A DNA stretch of 45,563 nt from contig CAZECQ010000001.1 of assembly GCA_964510545.1 (NCBI GenBank), positions 1 to 45,563 on the forward strand, read 5' to 3'. The notes beneath the pieces were generated by a model that did no database searches, was not told the origin of the DNA, and saw only the letters and a program-made list of their open reading frames with translations. Source of the stretch: an uncultured Pirellulales bacterium (GTDB lineage Bacteria > Planctomycetota > Phycisphaerae > Sedimentisphaerales > Anaerobacaceae). The translations under genes and the position numbers were made by a program. Shown one piece after another: positions 37,291 through 45,563 of the stretch. Each line of letters opens with the position of its first letter. The first letter of the stretch is position 1.

Positions 37291-39258
37291 ATGAAACGAA
37301 CGTCCCGGAAATCTTATTTTCTAATGATTTGTGTAGTTCTTGTGGTTGCTACAGGAGTGCTCTATTGGCAGGTGCCGGGTTTTGATTTTGTCGATTATGA
37401 TGACCAGCTTTACGTAGAGGACAACGAGATTGTCCAAAAAGGGCTGACGCGAGAAGGGTTTGTATGGGCTTTTACCACGGACAAAACCGGATACTGGCAC
37501 CCATTGACGTGGTTGTCGCTTATGCTTGATTGTCAATTATCGCAGGATTTGGTGCGCATCTGTCATACGACGAATGTGTTAATTCATATTGCTAACACGT
37601 TGTTATTGTTTTGGATTTTGAAGCGGATGACTTCGGCGTTGTGGTGCAGTGGTTTTGTAGCTGCGCTGTTTGCACTGCATCCTCTGCACGTGGAGTCTGT
37701 GGCGTGGATTTCGGAGCGCAAAGATGTGCTGAGTACTTTTTTCTTTTTTTTGACGATATTGTTTTATGTACGTTATGTTGAGAGGCGGTGCTTTTTCAGA
37801 TATGTTACGGTTGCGTTGTGTTTTGCTCTTGGTCTTCTGGTCAAACCGATGATTGTGACTCTGCCTTTTGCTCTGCTTCTTTTGGACTATTGGCCATTTG
37901 GACGTTTGCAGCCGGGGGAATTGGTCAGTAAGGGAGCAGAAAGGAAAAAGGCCTGGAAGGCGGCAGGGTGTTTGGTGATTGAGAAGGCGCCCCTTTTTAT
38001 TTTGACGGCTGTTTTGTGTGTTGTTACATACCTGCTGAATAAGAGTACTAAGGGGATTATGGATTTGGACCTTGGTGTACGGCTCTCCAATGCAGTTGCA
38101 TCCTATGGCCGTTATATAGGCAAGATGTTTTGGCCGAGCGGTCTGGGAGTTATTTATCTGCATCCTAACAAGATAGAGGTCACACCGACGGTGATTTCGT
38201 TAATTGTACTGATTTGCATATCGGCTGCGGTAATTTTTTGGGGGCGTCGTCGGCCTTATCTGGCGATGGGCTGGTTGTGGTACATAGGATTGCTTGTGCC
38301 GGTCATTGGTTTGGTGCAGGTTGGCAATCAGGCAATGGCTGACAGATATACCTATGTGCCGCTGGTTGGTTTGTTCATTATGATTGCCTGGAGTGCTGCG
38401 GGTGTCACTAAAGGTTTGCGTCATTACAGGATTACATTAGGTGTGGTGGGTGTGTCAATAATTTTGGTTTTGTCGGTTTGTACATGGTTTCAGATACAGC
38501 ATTGGCAGAACGGCATTACGCTTTTTGCACATGCAATTGATGTAACTGGGGGCAATTATGTGGCGTATAATAACTTTGGTATGGCGTTGGATGAGGCCGG
38601 TAAAGTTGATGAGGCGATTGAGCAGTGGAAGCAGGCATTACGGCTAAGGCCGAACCATTACAGAGTCACCGGAAACCTGGTGCGGGTTCTGATTGAAAAG
38701 GGGCGTATTGAAGAAGCAATTTTTTATTACAATAAGTTTTTGGAGCGGTCCCCGGAGGACTGTAAAATACGAATGTATTTGGCTGATGCGCTCTTTCGGC
38801 TGGGGGTTTATGACAGGGCCGGTGAATATTATGAAGTGGCACTTGTTTCCGGCTGCGATGCTGCGAGTATCCATTACAATTTGGCTGCTGCCCTTTCACA
38901 TCAGGGCAGATATGATGATGCGATTTTTCATTATAGTAAGTTTTTGCAGCAGCGGCCGGACAGTTTCAGGGCACACAATAATCTCGGTGCAGTATTGATG
39001 TCCAGACGTGAAGATGCCGAAGCGATAAAACATTTTCAGGAGTCGCTACGGCTGAACTGGGATTATTTTGGTGCGCATATAAACCTGGCGACGATACTGA
39101 TGGACCAGGGCAATATCTCCGAAGCGATAAAGCATTACGAAGAGGCGGTGCGGATTGACCCGAATGACACCGGAGTTCGGGAGGAGCTGAAAAAGGCCAG
39201 GGAGGCTGTAGCCAAACAGGCGAAAAGTGAACAAGTAACAGACAGGGGTACTGTATGA
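37291..39258 (+). CDS. TMTC-like GT-C membrane glycosyltransferase (DUF1736-type) with C-terminal TPR repeats, copy 1
   Basis: 655 aa. First-loop FDFVDYDDQLYVEDNEIV (DD motif), HTTNVLIHIANTLLLF, HVESVAWISERKDVLSTFFFF, multiple TM helices, then about 6 TPR units (NNFGMALDEAGKVDEAIEQWKQALRLRP and others). Confidence 0.8.
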   Translation: MKRTSRKSYFLMICVVLVVATGVLYWQVPGFDFVDYDDQLYVEDNEIVQKGLTREGFVWAFTTDKTGYWHPLTWLSLMLDCQLSQDLVRICHTTNVLIHIANTLLLFWILKRMTSALWCSGFVAALFALHPLHVESVAWISERKDVLSTFFFFLTILFYVRYVERRCFFRYVTVALCFALGLLVKPMIVTLPFALLLLDYWPFGRLQPGELVSKGAERKKAWKAAGCLVIEKAPLFILTAVLCVVTYLLNKSTKGIMDLDLGVRLSNAVASYGRYIGKMFWPSGLGVIYLHPNKIEVTPTVISLIVLICISAAVIFWGRRRPYLAMGWLWYIGLLVPVIGLVQVGNQAMADRYTYVPLVGLFIMIAWSAAGVTKGLRHYRITLGVVGVSIILVLSVCTWFQIQHWQNGITLFAHAIDVTGGNYVAYNNFGMALDEAGKVDEAIEQWKQALRLRPNHYRVTGNLVRVLIEKGRIEEAIFYYNKFLERSPEDCKIRMYLADALFRLGVYDRAGEYYEVALVSGCDAASIHYNLAAALSHQGRYDDAIFHYSKFLQQRPDSFRAHNNLGAVLMSRREDAEAIKHFQESLRLNWDYFGAHINLATILMDQGNISEAIKHYEEAVRIDPNDTGVREELKKAREAVAKQAKSEQVTDRGTV

Positions 39259-41201
39259 AACGAACACCCCGGAAATTTTATTTTTTAATGATTTGTGTGG
39301 TTCTTGCGGTTGCCACAGGCTCTCTCTATTGGCAGGTGCAGGGGTTTGATTTTGTCAATTATGATGACCAGGCTTATGTGGAGGACAACGAGATTGTCCG
39401 GAAAGGGCTGACACGCGAAGGATTTGTTTGGGCTTTTACGACGGACAAAACTGGCTATTGGCATCCATTGACGTGGCTGTCGCTTATGCTTGATTGTGAA
39501 TTGGCCCGCTCTGTAACGCGCACCTGTCATACGACGAATGTGTTGATTCATATTGCCAATACACTGCTGTTATTTTGGGTTTTAAGGCGCATGACATCGG
39601 CCCTGTGGTGCAGCGCTTTTGTGGCAGTACTGTTTGCACTGCATCCGCTGCATGTGGAGTCTGTAGCGTGGATTTCGGAACGTAAGGACGTGCTTAGCAC
39701 GTTTTTCTTTTTTTTGACAATGCTTTTTTATGTGCATTATGTTGAACGTCCGGGCTTTTTAAGATATGTACCGATTGCATTGTGTTTTGCGATAGGGCTT
39801 CTGGCTAAACCGATGTTGGTAACGCTACCATGCGTTCTGCTTCTTTTGGATTACTGGCCATTGGGGCGGTTGCGGCCGGGGCAATTGCTTGGTAAAGGCA
39901 AGGAAGGGGAAGGAGCAAGAAAGGCCGCTGTTCGTCTGATGGCTGAGAAGATACCCCTTTTTATTTTGACGGCTGCTTTGTCCATAGTTACATACCTGCT
40001 GCAGAAGAGCGGTCAGGTTGTAGCTGATTTGGAGTTCGGTGTGCGGCTTTCCAATGCGATTGCCTCCTACGGCCGATATATAGGCAAGATGTTTTGGCCG
40101 AGTGGTCTGACGGTAATTTATCTGCATTCTGAGAGAATAGAGGTATTGCCATTAGTGGTCTCGTCAATCGTGTTGGTTTGTGTATCAGTGGTGATAATTC
40201 TTCAAGTGCGGCGGCGGCCTTATCTGGCGATGGGCTGGTTGTGGTATATCGGTTTGCTGGTGCCGGTTATTGGTTTGGTGCAGGTGGGCAATCAGGCAAT
40301 GGCTGACAGGTACACTTATGTGCCTCTGGTGGGCTTGTTTATTATGCTCACCTGGGGTGCTGCAGATGTTACCAAAGGTTTGCGTTATCGCAGGAATACG
40401 TTAGGTGTGGTAGGTGTGTCAATAATTTTGGTTTTGTCGGTGTGTACAGGGTTTCAGATACAGCACTGGCAAAACGGTGTTACTCTTTTCGGGCATGCAG
40501 TTGATGTAACCAAGGGTAATTACCTTGCACATAGTAACTTTGGTGTGGCGTTGAAAAAGGTTAATAGGGATGAGGATGCGATTGAGCAATGGAAGATATC
40601 GTTACAGATAAAACCGGACTTTGATACCGCCATTGGTAACCTGGGGCCGGTTCTGGTTGAAAATGGACGAGTTGAGGAGGCGGTTTTTTACTATAGAGAA
40701 TTCCTGGAATTGGCCCCGGATGATTGCAGGACACAAATAAATATGGCCGATGCCCTCTCTCGCCTGAAGGTTTATGACCAGGCCGTCGAACATTATGAGT
40801 TGGCGCTGCTGTTTGGTTGCGATTCTGTCGGCATCCATTACAATTTAGCTATGACCCTTTCAAATCTGGGCAGATATGACGAAGCGATTTTGCATTACAG
40901 TAAATTCCTGGAACAGCGGCCGGATAGTTTCAGGGCGCACAATAATCTGGGAGCATTGCTTCTGGCTATGCGTAATGATGACGAAGCGATTAAGCATTTT
41001 CAGGAAGCGCTTCGGCTGAACTGGAATTATCTTGGTGCGCATATGAACCTGGCAATGGTGCTGATGGACCGGGGCGGTATCTACGAAGCAATCCTACACT
41101 ATGAGGAGGCGGTGCGAATTAACCCAAACGACCGTACAGCTCAAAAGGCGCTGAAAAAAGCGAAAGAAATGTTGGCAATGCAGAACAAACAAGATAAGTA
41201 A
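39255..41201 (+). CDS. TMTC-like GT-C membrane glycosyltransferase with C-terminal TPR repeats, copy 2 (tandem paralog)
   Basis: 648 aa with the same motifs as copy 1. ATGA start/stop overlap with copy 1. The first 100 aa are 85/100 identical to copy 1 by hand count. Confidence 0.8.
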   Translation: MKRTPRKFYFLMICVVLAVATGSLYWQVQGFDFVNYDDQAYVEDNEIVRKGLTREGFVWAFTTDKTGYWHPLTWLSLMLDCELARSVTRTCHTTNVLIHIANTLLLFWVLRRMTSALWCSAFVAVLFALHPLHVESVAWISERKDVLSTFFFFLTMLFYVHYVERPGFLRYVPIALCFAIGLLAKPMLVTLPCVLLLLDYWPLGRLRPGQLLGKGKEGEGARKAAVRLMAEKIPLFILTAALSIVTYLLQKSGQVVADLEFGVRLSNAIASYGRYIGKMFWPSGLTVIYLHSERIEVLPLVVSSIVLVCVSVVIILQVRRRPYLAMGWLWYIGLLVPVIGLVQVGNQAMADRYTYVPLVGLFIMLTWGAADVTKGLRYRRNTLGVVGVSIILVLSVCTGFQIQHWQNGVTLFGHAVDVTKGNYLAHSNFGVALKKVNRDEDAIEQWKISLQIKPDFDTAIGNLGPVLVENGRVEEAVFYYREFLELAPDDCRTQINMADALSRLKVYDQAVEHYELALLFGCDSVGIHYNLAMTLSNLGRYDEAILHYSKFLEQRPDSFRAHNNLGALLLAMRNDDEAIKHFQEALRLNWNYLGAHMNLAMVLMDRGGIYEAILHYEEAVRINPNDRTAQKALKKAKEMLAMQNKQDK

Positions 41202-41226
41202 TAGCAAAAGCTGTAAAAAATAAATT

Positions 41227-42003
41227 ATGAAACTGATAAAAAGATGGCTCAAGCTTCCCGGAACCAGGCACATCAAGGACCTTGATGACCCTGCCGCTAC
41301 GTTGTTCCACGCACGCACGGTACAGTGTAAACCGTTTCTTAGAAGGTTATACATTGATTTTTACAAGCAGCTTAAAAAAGCGGTACCTGATTCTGAACAC
41401 AGGTTTGTTGTTGAACTTGGCAGCGGCGGCGGCTTTATCAAGAAGGTGATAGCAGATGCGGTTACAAGTGACATCCTTGAGCTTCCGAATGTTGATAAGA
41501 CGTTCTCAGCTCTTGATATGCCCTTCGAAGAGGGTAGTGTTGATGCGTTTTTAATGATTGACGTTCTTCATCACATCACTGATTCGAAGGGTTTTTTCGC
41601 CGAGGCGCTGCGATGCCTTAAGAAAGGCGGTAAGATTATTATGATTGAGCCGGCAAATACGTTTTGGTCGAGGTTTATCTACAGGAATTTTCATCACGAA
41701 TTGTTTGATACTCAGGCAGGCTGGCAGCTTGAAGAGATTGGCCCGCTTTCGCACGGTAACGGTGCGATTCCCTGGATAATTTTTTCGCGGGACAGCAGGA
41801 TTTTTGAAAGCCTATTTCCTTCTTTGAAGATTGTTTCGATGCACACCCACACACCCCTGCGGTATCTACTCAGCGGCGGTTTGAAGCTCCGCCAGCTGGT
41901 GCCGTCTTTTACTTACCCCGCGGTTAAAGCTGTAGAATTTATCCTGACTCCCGCCAATGGTTTATTGGGTATGTTTCAGACTATAGAACTTCAAAAAGTT
42001 TAG
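41227..42003 (+). CDS. Class I SAM-dependent methyltransferase
   Basis: 258 aa. Motif I VVELGSGGGFIKK, DAFLMIDVLHHI, LKKGGKIIMIEP. Confidence 0.8.
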   Translation: MKLIKRWLKLPGTRHIKDLDDPAATLFHARTVQCKPFLRRLYIDFYKQLKKAVPDSEHRFVVELGSGGGFIKKVIADAVTSDILELPNVDKTFSALDMPFEEGSVDAFLMIDVLHHITDSKGFFAEALRCLKKGGKIIMIEPANTFWSRFIYRNFHHELFDTQAGWQLEEIGPLSHGNGAIPWIIFSRDSRIFESLFPSLKIVSMHTHTPLRYLLSGGLKLRQLVPSFTYPAVKAVEFILTPANGLLGMFQTIELQKV

Positions 42004-42013
42004 GGCAAAAACA

Positions 42014-43705
42014 ATGGCAAGGGCAAGAGGCAAAAAGAAAGAAGCTAAAAAGACAGATGTTTCAGCTTTGCCGGTGTTGAGCGTGCCTGCCTGGGGCCGC
42101 GGTACTGTGATAGCGTTGCTTATTTTAGTTGGAGTAAGCGCCACCTTTAATTTCACGGCAATCAACTGGGGCCAGCCCGCCGGGTATTCCTGGAATCCAG
42201 ATTCTGTAGCAGGGGCCAGAACCGTTCGCCAGTTGCAGTATATATTTAAGCCCTGGACACAGAAATACCCTCGCTTTCATTTTTTGATACTTAAGATTTT
42301 CTATCAGCCGTTTATAGACCACTGGGAGAAGAATCCAGTAACAGGTTTTGACCGGCAGGGCCGTCAGGTCAGCACGCTTTTCAACACCGAACGTTTCAGT
42401 ACCCTGGTTATTGTCTCCAGGACAATCTCTGCACTTATGGGTGTAGGTGCGGTTGTGGGATTATTTTTTACGGCGAGATTGTTTTTTGGCGATTGGATCT
42501 CGGCCTTTTTTTCGGGCCTTGCTCTTGCCTGTTCGATGCTTTTTGTTCTGTACAGCCATCTGGCAAATATGGATGTTCCCTGTGCCTTCTGGTTTGCCTG
42601 GAGTGTGTACTGGGCTGTCAAAGCTGTTTATATAGGAAAATGGCGTCACTTTGTTTTGCTTGGTTTATTCAGTGCCCTGACGGTATGCACAAAAGACCCT
42701 GCTGCAGGTTTTGTCATTGGTCTTGGTCTTGCCGTTTGGCTGGCGATGATAGGTGTGGCAAAGGATGCGGGCCAATCTTTTAAGAGAGGTTTGACTTGTA
42801 TTTTCAGATTGAAAGTGCTGGCGGCGGTTTTGGTTGCGGGATTTGTCTTTGCACTGCTGAATGACCTTTTAACCTCGCCGAGCGCATTTTTCGAGCGAAT
42901 GGATTTCTGGTTTAAGGTAGGTGCTGCCGGATATAATATAGGTTTCAGCGACCATTGGACGTTTCTAAAGAGAAACTTCATGTCTATTTATTATTCATTG
43001 GGCTGGCCATTATTGGCGGCGATTTTGGTTTCTGCAGTGTATTGTATTATCAGGTTCAGGTGGAAGTCGGCCTTTGGAATAGTGCCGGTTGTGGTTTTTT
43101 ACATAGTTGTGATAGCACGTGTTCGCCTGAATATACCTCGGTATTATATACCGGGCTATGTTTGTTTTATGCTGCTTGTGGGCAAAGGCTTTGCTGAGCT
43201 GCTTCGGTGGAAAAAGCTGCCTTTAGCGGTTAGAATTCTGCCGATTGCCGCTGTCTATCTTCTCAGCGGGCTTTATTGTATCGGCATTGATTTGGAAATG
43301 ATTAATGACAGTCGTTATAGGGCCGAAAAATGGCTTAAGACTCAGGTTACTCCGGCTGATACGGTCATAGCGATGTCGCAGCAGGCATATGCACCGCGCG
43401 TTCAAATGCTTGGCTGCAGGTCGAATTTCATCACAGCCAGACCTAAGGACGAAAAGCTTCTGCAACAAATCAGGCCTTTTGCAACCTATCTTGTTTTGCC
43501 TGAGAAGGAATTTGGTATGAGTTCGGCGTTTGCCCCGCAGTTTTTGGACAGGCTTCTTGCCGGCTCGTATGGTTACGAAGAGGTGGAGCGTTTTTCAAAT
43601 AAGTATCTTTATCCGAAGAAAACGGTTTTTGGTCTGGCTGGCTGGCCCGTTCCTCGTTCAAAGCTGGTCAGTCCCGAGATAATCATCTTAAGAAGAAAGG
43701 ATTGA
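42014..43705 (+). CDS. Polytopic membrane protein, GT-C-fold glycosyltransferase-like (PMT_2/DUF2723-like)
   Basis: 563 aa with at least 10 hydrophobic helices. First-loop Asp (SWNPDSVAG) followed by KYPRFHFLILKIFY. The central region FFGDWISAFFSGLALACSMLFVLYSHLANMDVPCAFWFAW resembles ArnT/PMT-family cores. C-terminal soluble domain. Confidence 0.6.
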   Translation: MARARGKKKEAKKTDVSALPVLSVPAWGRGTVIALLILVGVSATFNFTAINWGQPAGYSWNPDSVAGARTVRQLQYIFKPWTQKYPRFHFLILKIFYQPFIDHWEKNPVTGFDRQGRQVSTLFNTERFSTLVIVSRTISALMGVGAVVGLFFTARLFFGDWISAFFSGLALACSMLFVLYSHLANMDVPCAFWFAWSVYWAVKAVYIGKWRHFVLLGLFSALTVCTKDPAAGFVIGLGLAVWLAMIGVAKDAGQSFKRGLTCIFRLKVLAAVLVAGFVFALLNDLLTSPSAFFERMDFWFKVGAAGYNIGFSDHWTFLKRNFMSIYYSLGWPLLAAILVSAVYCIIRFRWKSAFGIVPVVVFYIVVIARVRLNIPRYYIPGYVCFMLLVGKGFAELLRWKKLPLAVRILPIAAVYLLSGLYCIGIDLEMINDSRYRAEKWLKTQVTPADTVIAMSQQAYAPRVQMLGCRSNFITARPKDEKLLQQIRPFATYLVLPEKEFGMSSAFAPQFLDRLLAGSYGYEEVERFSNKYLYPKKTVFGLAGWPVPRSKLVSPEIIILRRKD

Positions 43706-43707
43706 TT

Positions 43708-45132
43708 ATGAAGCACGCGAAATTATTGTTGCATATTATTCTTTGCGTGTTGTTCGTGCTGCTGGTTGTTTGGAATGCGGCGCAGATTTTTGACGGGCGG
43801 CCGCTGCAGAAGGGCAACGATGCAAGTTATCACATCAGGACGGGATACAATCTTATAAATCATAAGACATATTCTTATAGATTGGGTGAAAACCTTAAAC
43901 CTGATGCATATCGTGAGCCAACGATGGCAGCTTACATTGCGATGCTTGTCGGTGCCAGCAGCACACTCGGCAGTGTGGATGCTACAACAACATTAGCGGG
44001 AGGCGACGGGCTGGAAATACTTCGGTATGCTCAACTGCCGATATTAATTCTGACCGCTTTTGGGGCGATGTACTTTGTCTATCTGGTTACGAAAAATTTC
44101 TTCTGCAGCTATGTCGCCTTGTTATTGACCGGCTTTAGCTATTCGTTGTTTTTTTCCGCCTGGAGCGTTAACACCGAACATATGGCAGCGCTGTTTGTGA
44201 CGGCCGCTTCGATATCTTTGTATGAAATCGTAAGGGGCAGAGGTAAAAAATACTTTGCATTCTTAGGTGTATCTTTGGCGCTGCTGGTTCTTACCAAAGC
44301 TGTGTTTATGTACCTGATTGTGTTCATTTTGATTTTTTTGGTTGTTCCTGGGTTGGCCGGGAAATTTGTAAAAAAGGAACTTATTGCAGGGCTGGTCATA
44401 CTGCTGGCGGCGTATTTTGCGTTTGTTGGAAGCTGGATGGTGCGAAATTACATACACTTCGACAAATTTTACATAAGCGGCAGAGGCGGTAATATTTTAT
44501 CGATACGTGCCGAATATGATATGATGAATAGCAGGGAATATTTCGGCTCTTTTCTCTTCTGGACGCCGGACAACTATGTACGCAAGAAATTAATACCGCG
44601 CTTTTTCGGGGAAAAAGCATTTCATCCGGGTGGTGCATTGGAACGGCTTCTCAGAAACAATTATAAGACCGGTTATCTGCGTCAGGCTACCAATAAGAGA
44701 AAAGAACTTATCGCTGCTTACGGTACCGGGATGGAGACTACTGTGATTGATAAGGAAATGCGGCGATATGCCAGGAACAAGATTTTAAGCCATCCGTTCC
44801 GGCATATTTTTGTAACGCTGCCTATCGCCTGGAAAGGGCTTTTCGTTGAGGACAGGTATTCTTTGTCGGTTCCTTTCAGTATGGTTTTAGTCAGCAGCGT
44901 AGGCATCAGTCTGGCGTATTTCGGGTCACTATTCTTTTTGGCAGGTTTGGGTATCAAAAGACGACAATGGGACCTGTTTTCAGTTAGTTTGCCGGCTTTG
45001 TACTTGTATGGGGTGAATTCGTTTTGTACGCACAATATTCCGAGGTATAATCAGCCGATTATCCCTGTTCTTATAGTTGCCCTGCTGATTGTGGTGCATT
45101 TGCTAATCAACAGAAAGAGCTGTTCGCGATAA
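43708..45132 (+). CDS. Polytopic membrane protein, ArnT/PMT-like GT-C glycosyltransferase candidate
   Basis: About 474 aa. Loop-1 pattern GNDASYHIRTGYNLINHKTY...YREPTMAAYIAMLVG resembles the D..Y...A..L...PPLY pattern of ArnT/PMT_2. Many TM helices. ATG at 43708 follows AGAAAGG (TTG at 43702 would overlap the upstream stop). Confidence 0.55.
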   Translation: MKHAKLLLHIILCVLFVLLVVWNAAQIFDGRPLQKGNDASYHIRTGYNLINHKTYSYRLGENLKPDAYREPTMAAYIAMLVGASSTLGSVDATTTLAGGDGLEILRYAQLPILILTAFGAMYFVYLVTKNFFCSYVALLLTGFSYSLFFSAWSVNTEHMAALFVTAASISLYEIVRGRGKKYFAFLGVSLALLVLTKAVFMYLIVFILIFLVVPGLAGKFVKKELIAGLVILLAAYFAFVGSWMVRNYIHFDKFYISGRGGNILSIRAEYDMMNSREYFGSFLFWTPDNYVRKKLIPRFFGEKAFHPGGALERLLRNNYKTGYLRQATNKRKELIAAYGTGMETTVIDKEMRRYARNKILSHPFRHIFVTLPIAWKGLFVEDRYSLSVPFSMVLVSSVGISLAYFGSLFFLAGLGIKRRQWDLFSVSLPALYLYGVNSFCTHNIPRYNQPIIPVLIVALLIVVHLLINRKSCSR

Positions 45133-45143
45133 GGAGAACATTC

Positions 45144-45206
45144 GTGAAATACTCTCATGGCAACTGGTACAAGAGATGGGGGCAGGCTAGGTATTTTGAG
45201 AGTTAA
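45144..45206 (+). CDS. Possible 20-aa micro-ORF (MKYSHGNWYKRWGQARYFES)
   Basis: GTG start 7 nt downstream of a perfect AAGGAG (45131-45136) that overlaps the stop of the upstream gene. Aromatic and basic composition. No other support. Confidence 0.2.
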   Translation: MKYSHGNWYKRWGQARYFES

Positions 45207-45222
45207 AAAAGAATTTTGTCAT

Positions 45223-45563
45223 TTATTGTGTTCTTGGGAATTTTGCTCTAACTATTACAGTCCAGCTTATAAACTTGAGAAAGTTGGGCAAAATTTTATC
45301 AAGCATTGAATCTATAAAGACGGCTGCTTTGGATATTCTCGAAAACAGCCATTGTGGTCTCAATATCACTTCGCCGAAGGGAGTAGAAAAGAAACCGTCA
45401 AATCTGTATGAAATTTCTTCGAACCCATTCCTGTTTAGTAAATCAACCAACTCGGACGGCTTAAAGAAAATTTGGTCTGCAGAATAAGAACTGTCGATTT
45501 TTTTTCTAATCCACCTCATAAACTGGACAATAGGGTTCAGTCTGTGTGGTTCTATGGCCACGA
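45223..45563 (-). CDS. C-terminal part of a class I SAM-methyltransferase-like protein (truncated by the window edge)
   Basis: The ORF is open to the window end. FKPSELVDLLNRNGFEEISYRFDGFF and a terminal ...VIVRAKF are typical of methyltransferase C-termini. Noticeably AT-rich and convergent with the glycosylation operon. Confidence 0.5.
   Translation of the reverse strand, partial: VAIEPHRLNPIVQFMRWIRKKIDSSYSADQIFFKPSELVDLLNRNGFEEISYRFDGFFSTPFGEVILRPQWLFSRISKAAVFIDSMLDKILPNFLKFISWTVIVRAKFPRTQ

Larger units (their letters stand above)
37291..41201 (+). repeat. Tandem gene duplication (two ~1.95-kb units)
   Basis: The units start with the same CTGTATGAAACGAAC junction. The first 60 nt of the two genes are 53/60 identical by hand count. 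Similarity runs through the whole length and is weaker in the TPR half. Confidence 0.9.

Noticed and set aside
37603-38163. 186-aa - strand ORF inside TMTC-like copy 1, with a 100-aa counterpart at 39825-40127 in copy 2
   Set aside because: It is antisense to a membrane-protein gene. Its recurrence in both copies simply reflects the duplication, and the composition (Q/K/R/N-rich) is not protein-like.

Overview
This 45.6-kb window looks like chromosome from a diderm (Gram-negative-type) bacterium. BamA, Skp and LpxD/C/A are present. I cannot assign a taxon without a database search; a PVC/Planctomycetota-like anaerobe is only a guess. Most of the window is a + strand run of conserved housekeeping genes. 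These are dnaN-DUF721(DciA-like)-gyrB, a TPR lipoprotein, ftsK, tRNA-Gln(UUG), glmU(N-terminal domain only)-prs-rplY-pth, rpsF-ssb-rpsR-rplI-dnaB, bamA-skp-lpxD-lpxC/fabZ-lpxA-oxidoreductase, a cyclophilin lipoprotein, nfi (- strand) and uvrA. A 1485-aa BcrAD/BadFG-type activase fusion lies on the - strand, just left of an 830-bp ORF-free region. That region is where gene orientation diverges and is a candidate oriC, with no dnaA in the window. Two parts look accessory. (1) The left 2.9 kb is clearly AT-rich. It carries an orphan AAA+/archaeal-type ATPase with a winged-helix tail and a 32-codon transposase C-terminal remnant. It also carries a - strand cassette (266-aa GAF-like Cys-rich protein plus a coupled 58-aa acidic micro-protein) bracketed by a perfect 15-bp direct repeat that sits on the compositional boundary. 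(2) The right 10.4 kb is a tightly packed operon running from mtnA through a methyltransferase-GT2 fusion, two tandemly duplicated TMTC-like GT-C/TPR proteins, a SAM methyltransferase and two further GT-C-like membrane proteins. I read this as a candidate polyprenyl-phosphate-sugar dependent periplasmic glycosylation system of unknown target. I saw no CRISPR array, rRNA, integrase or intact IS. All functional calls rest on motif recognition by eye, not on database searches.
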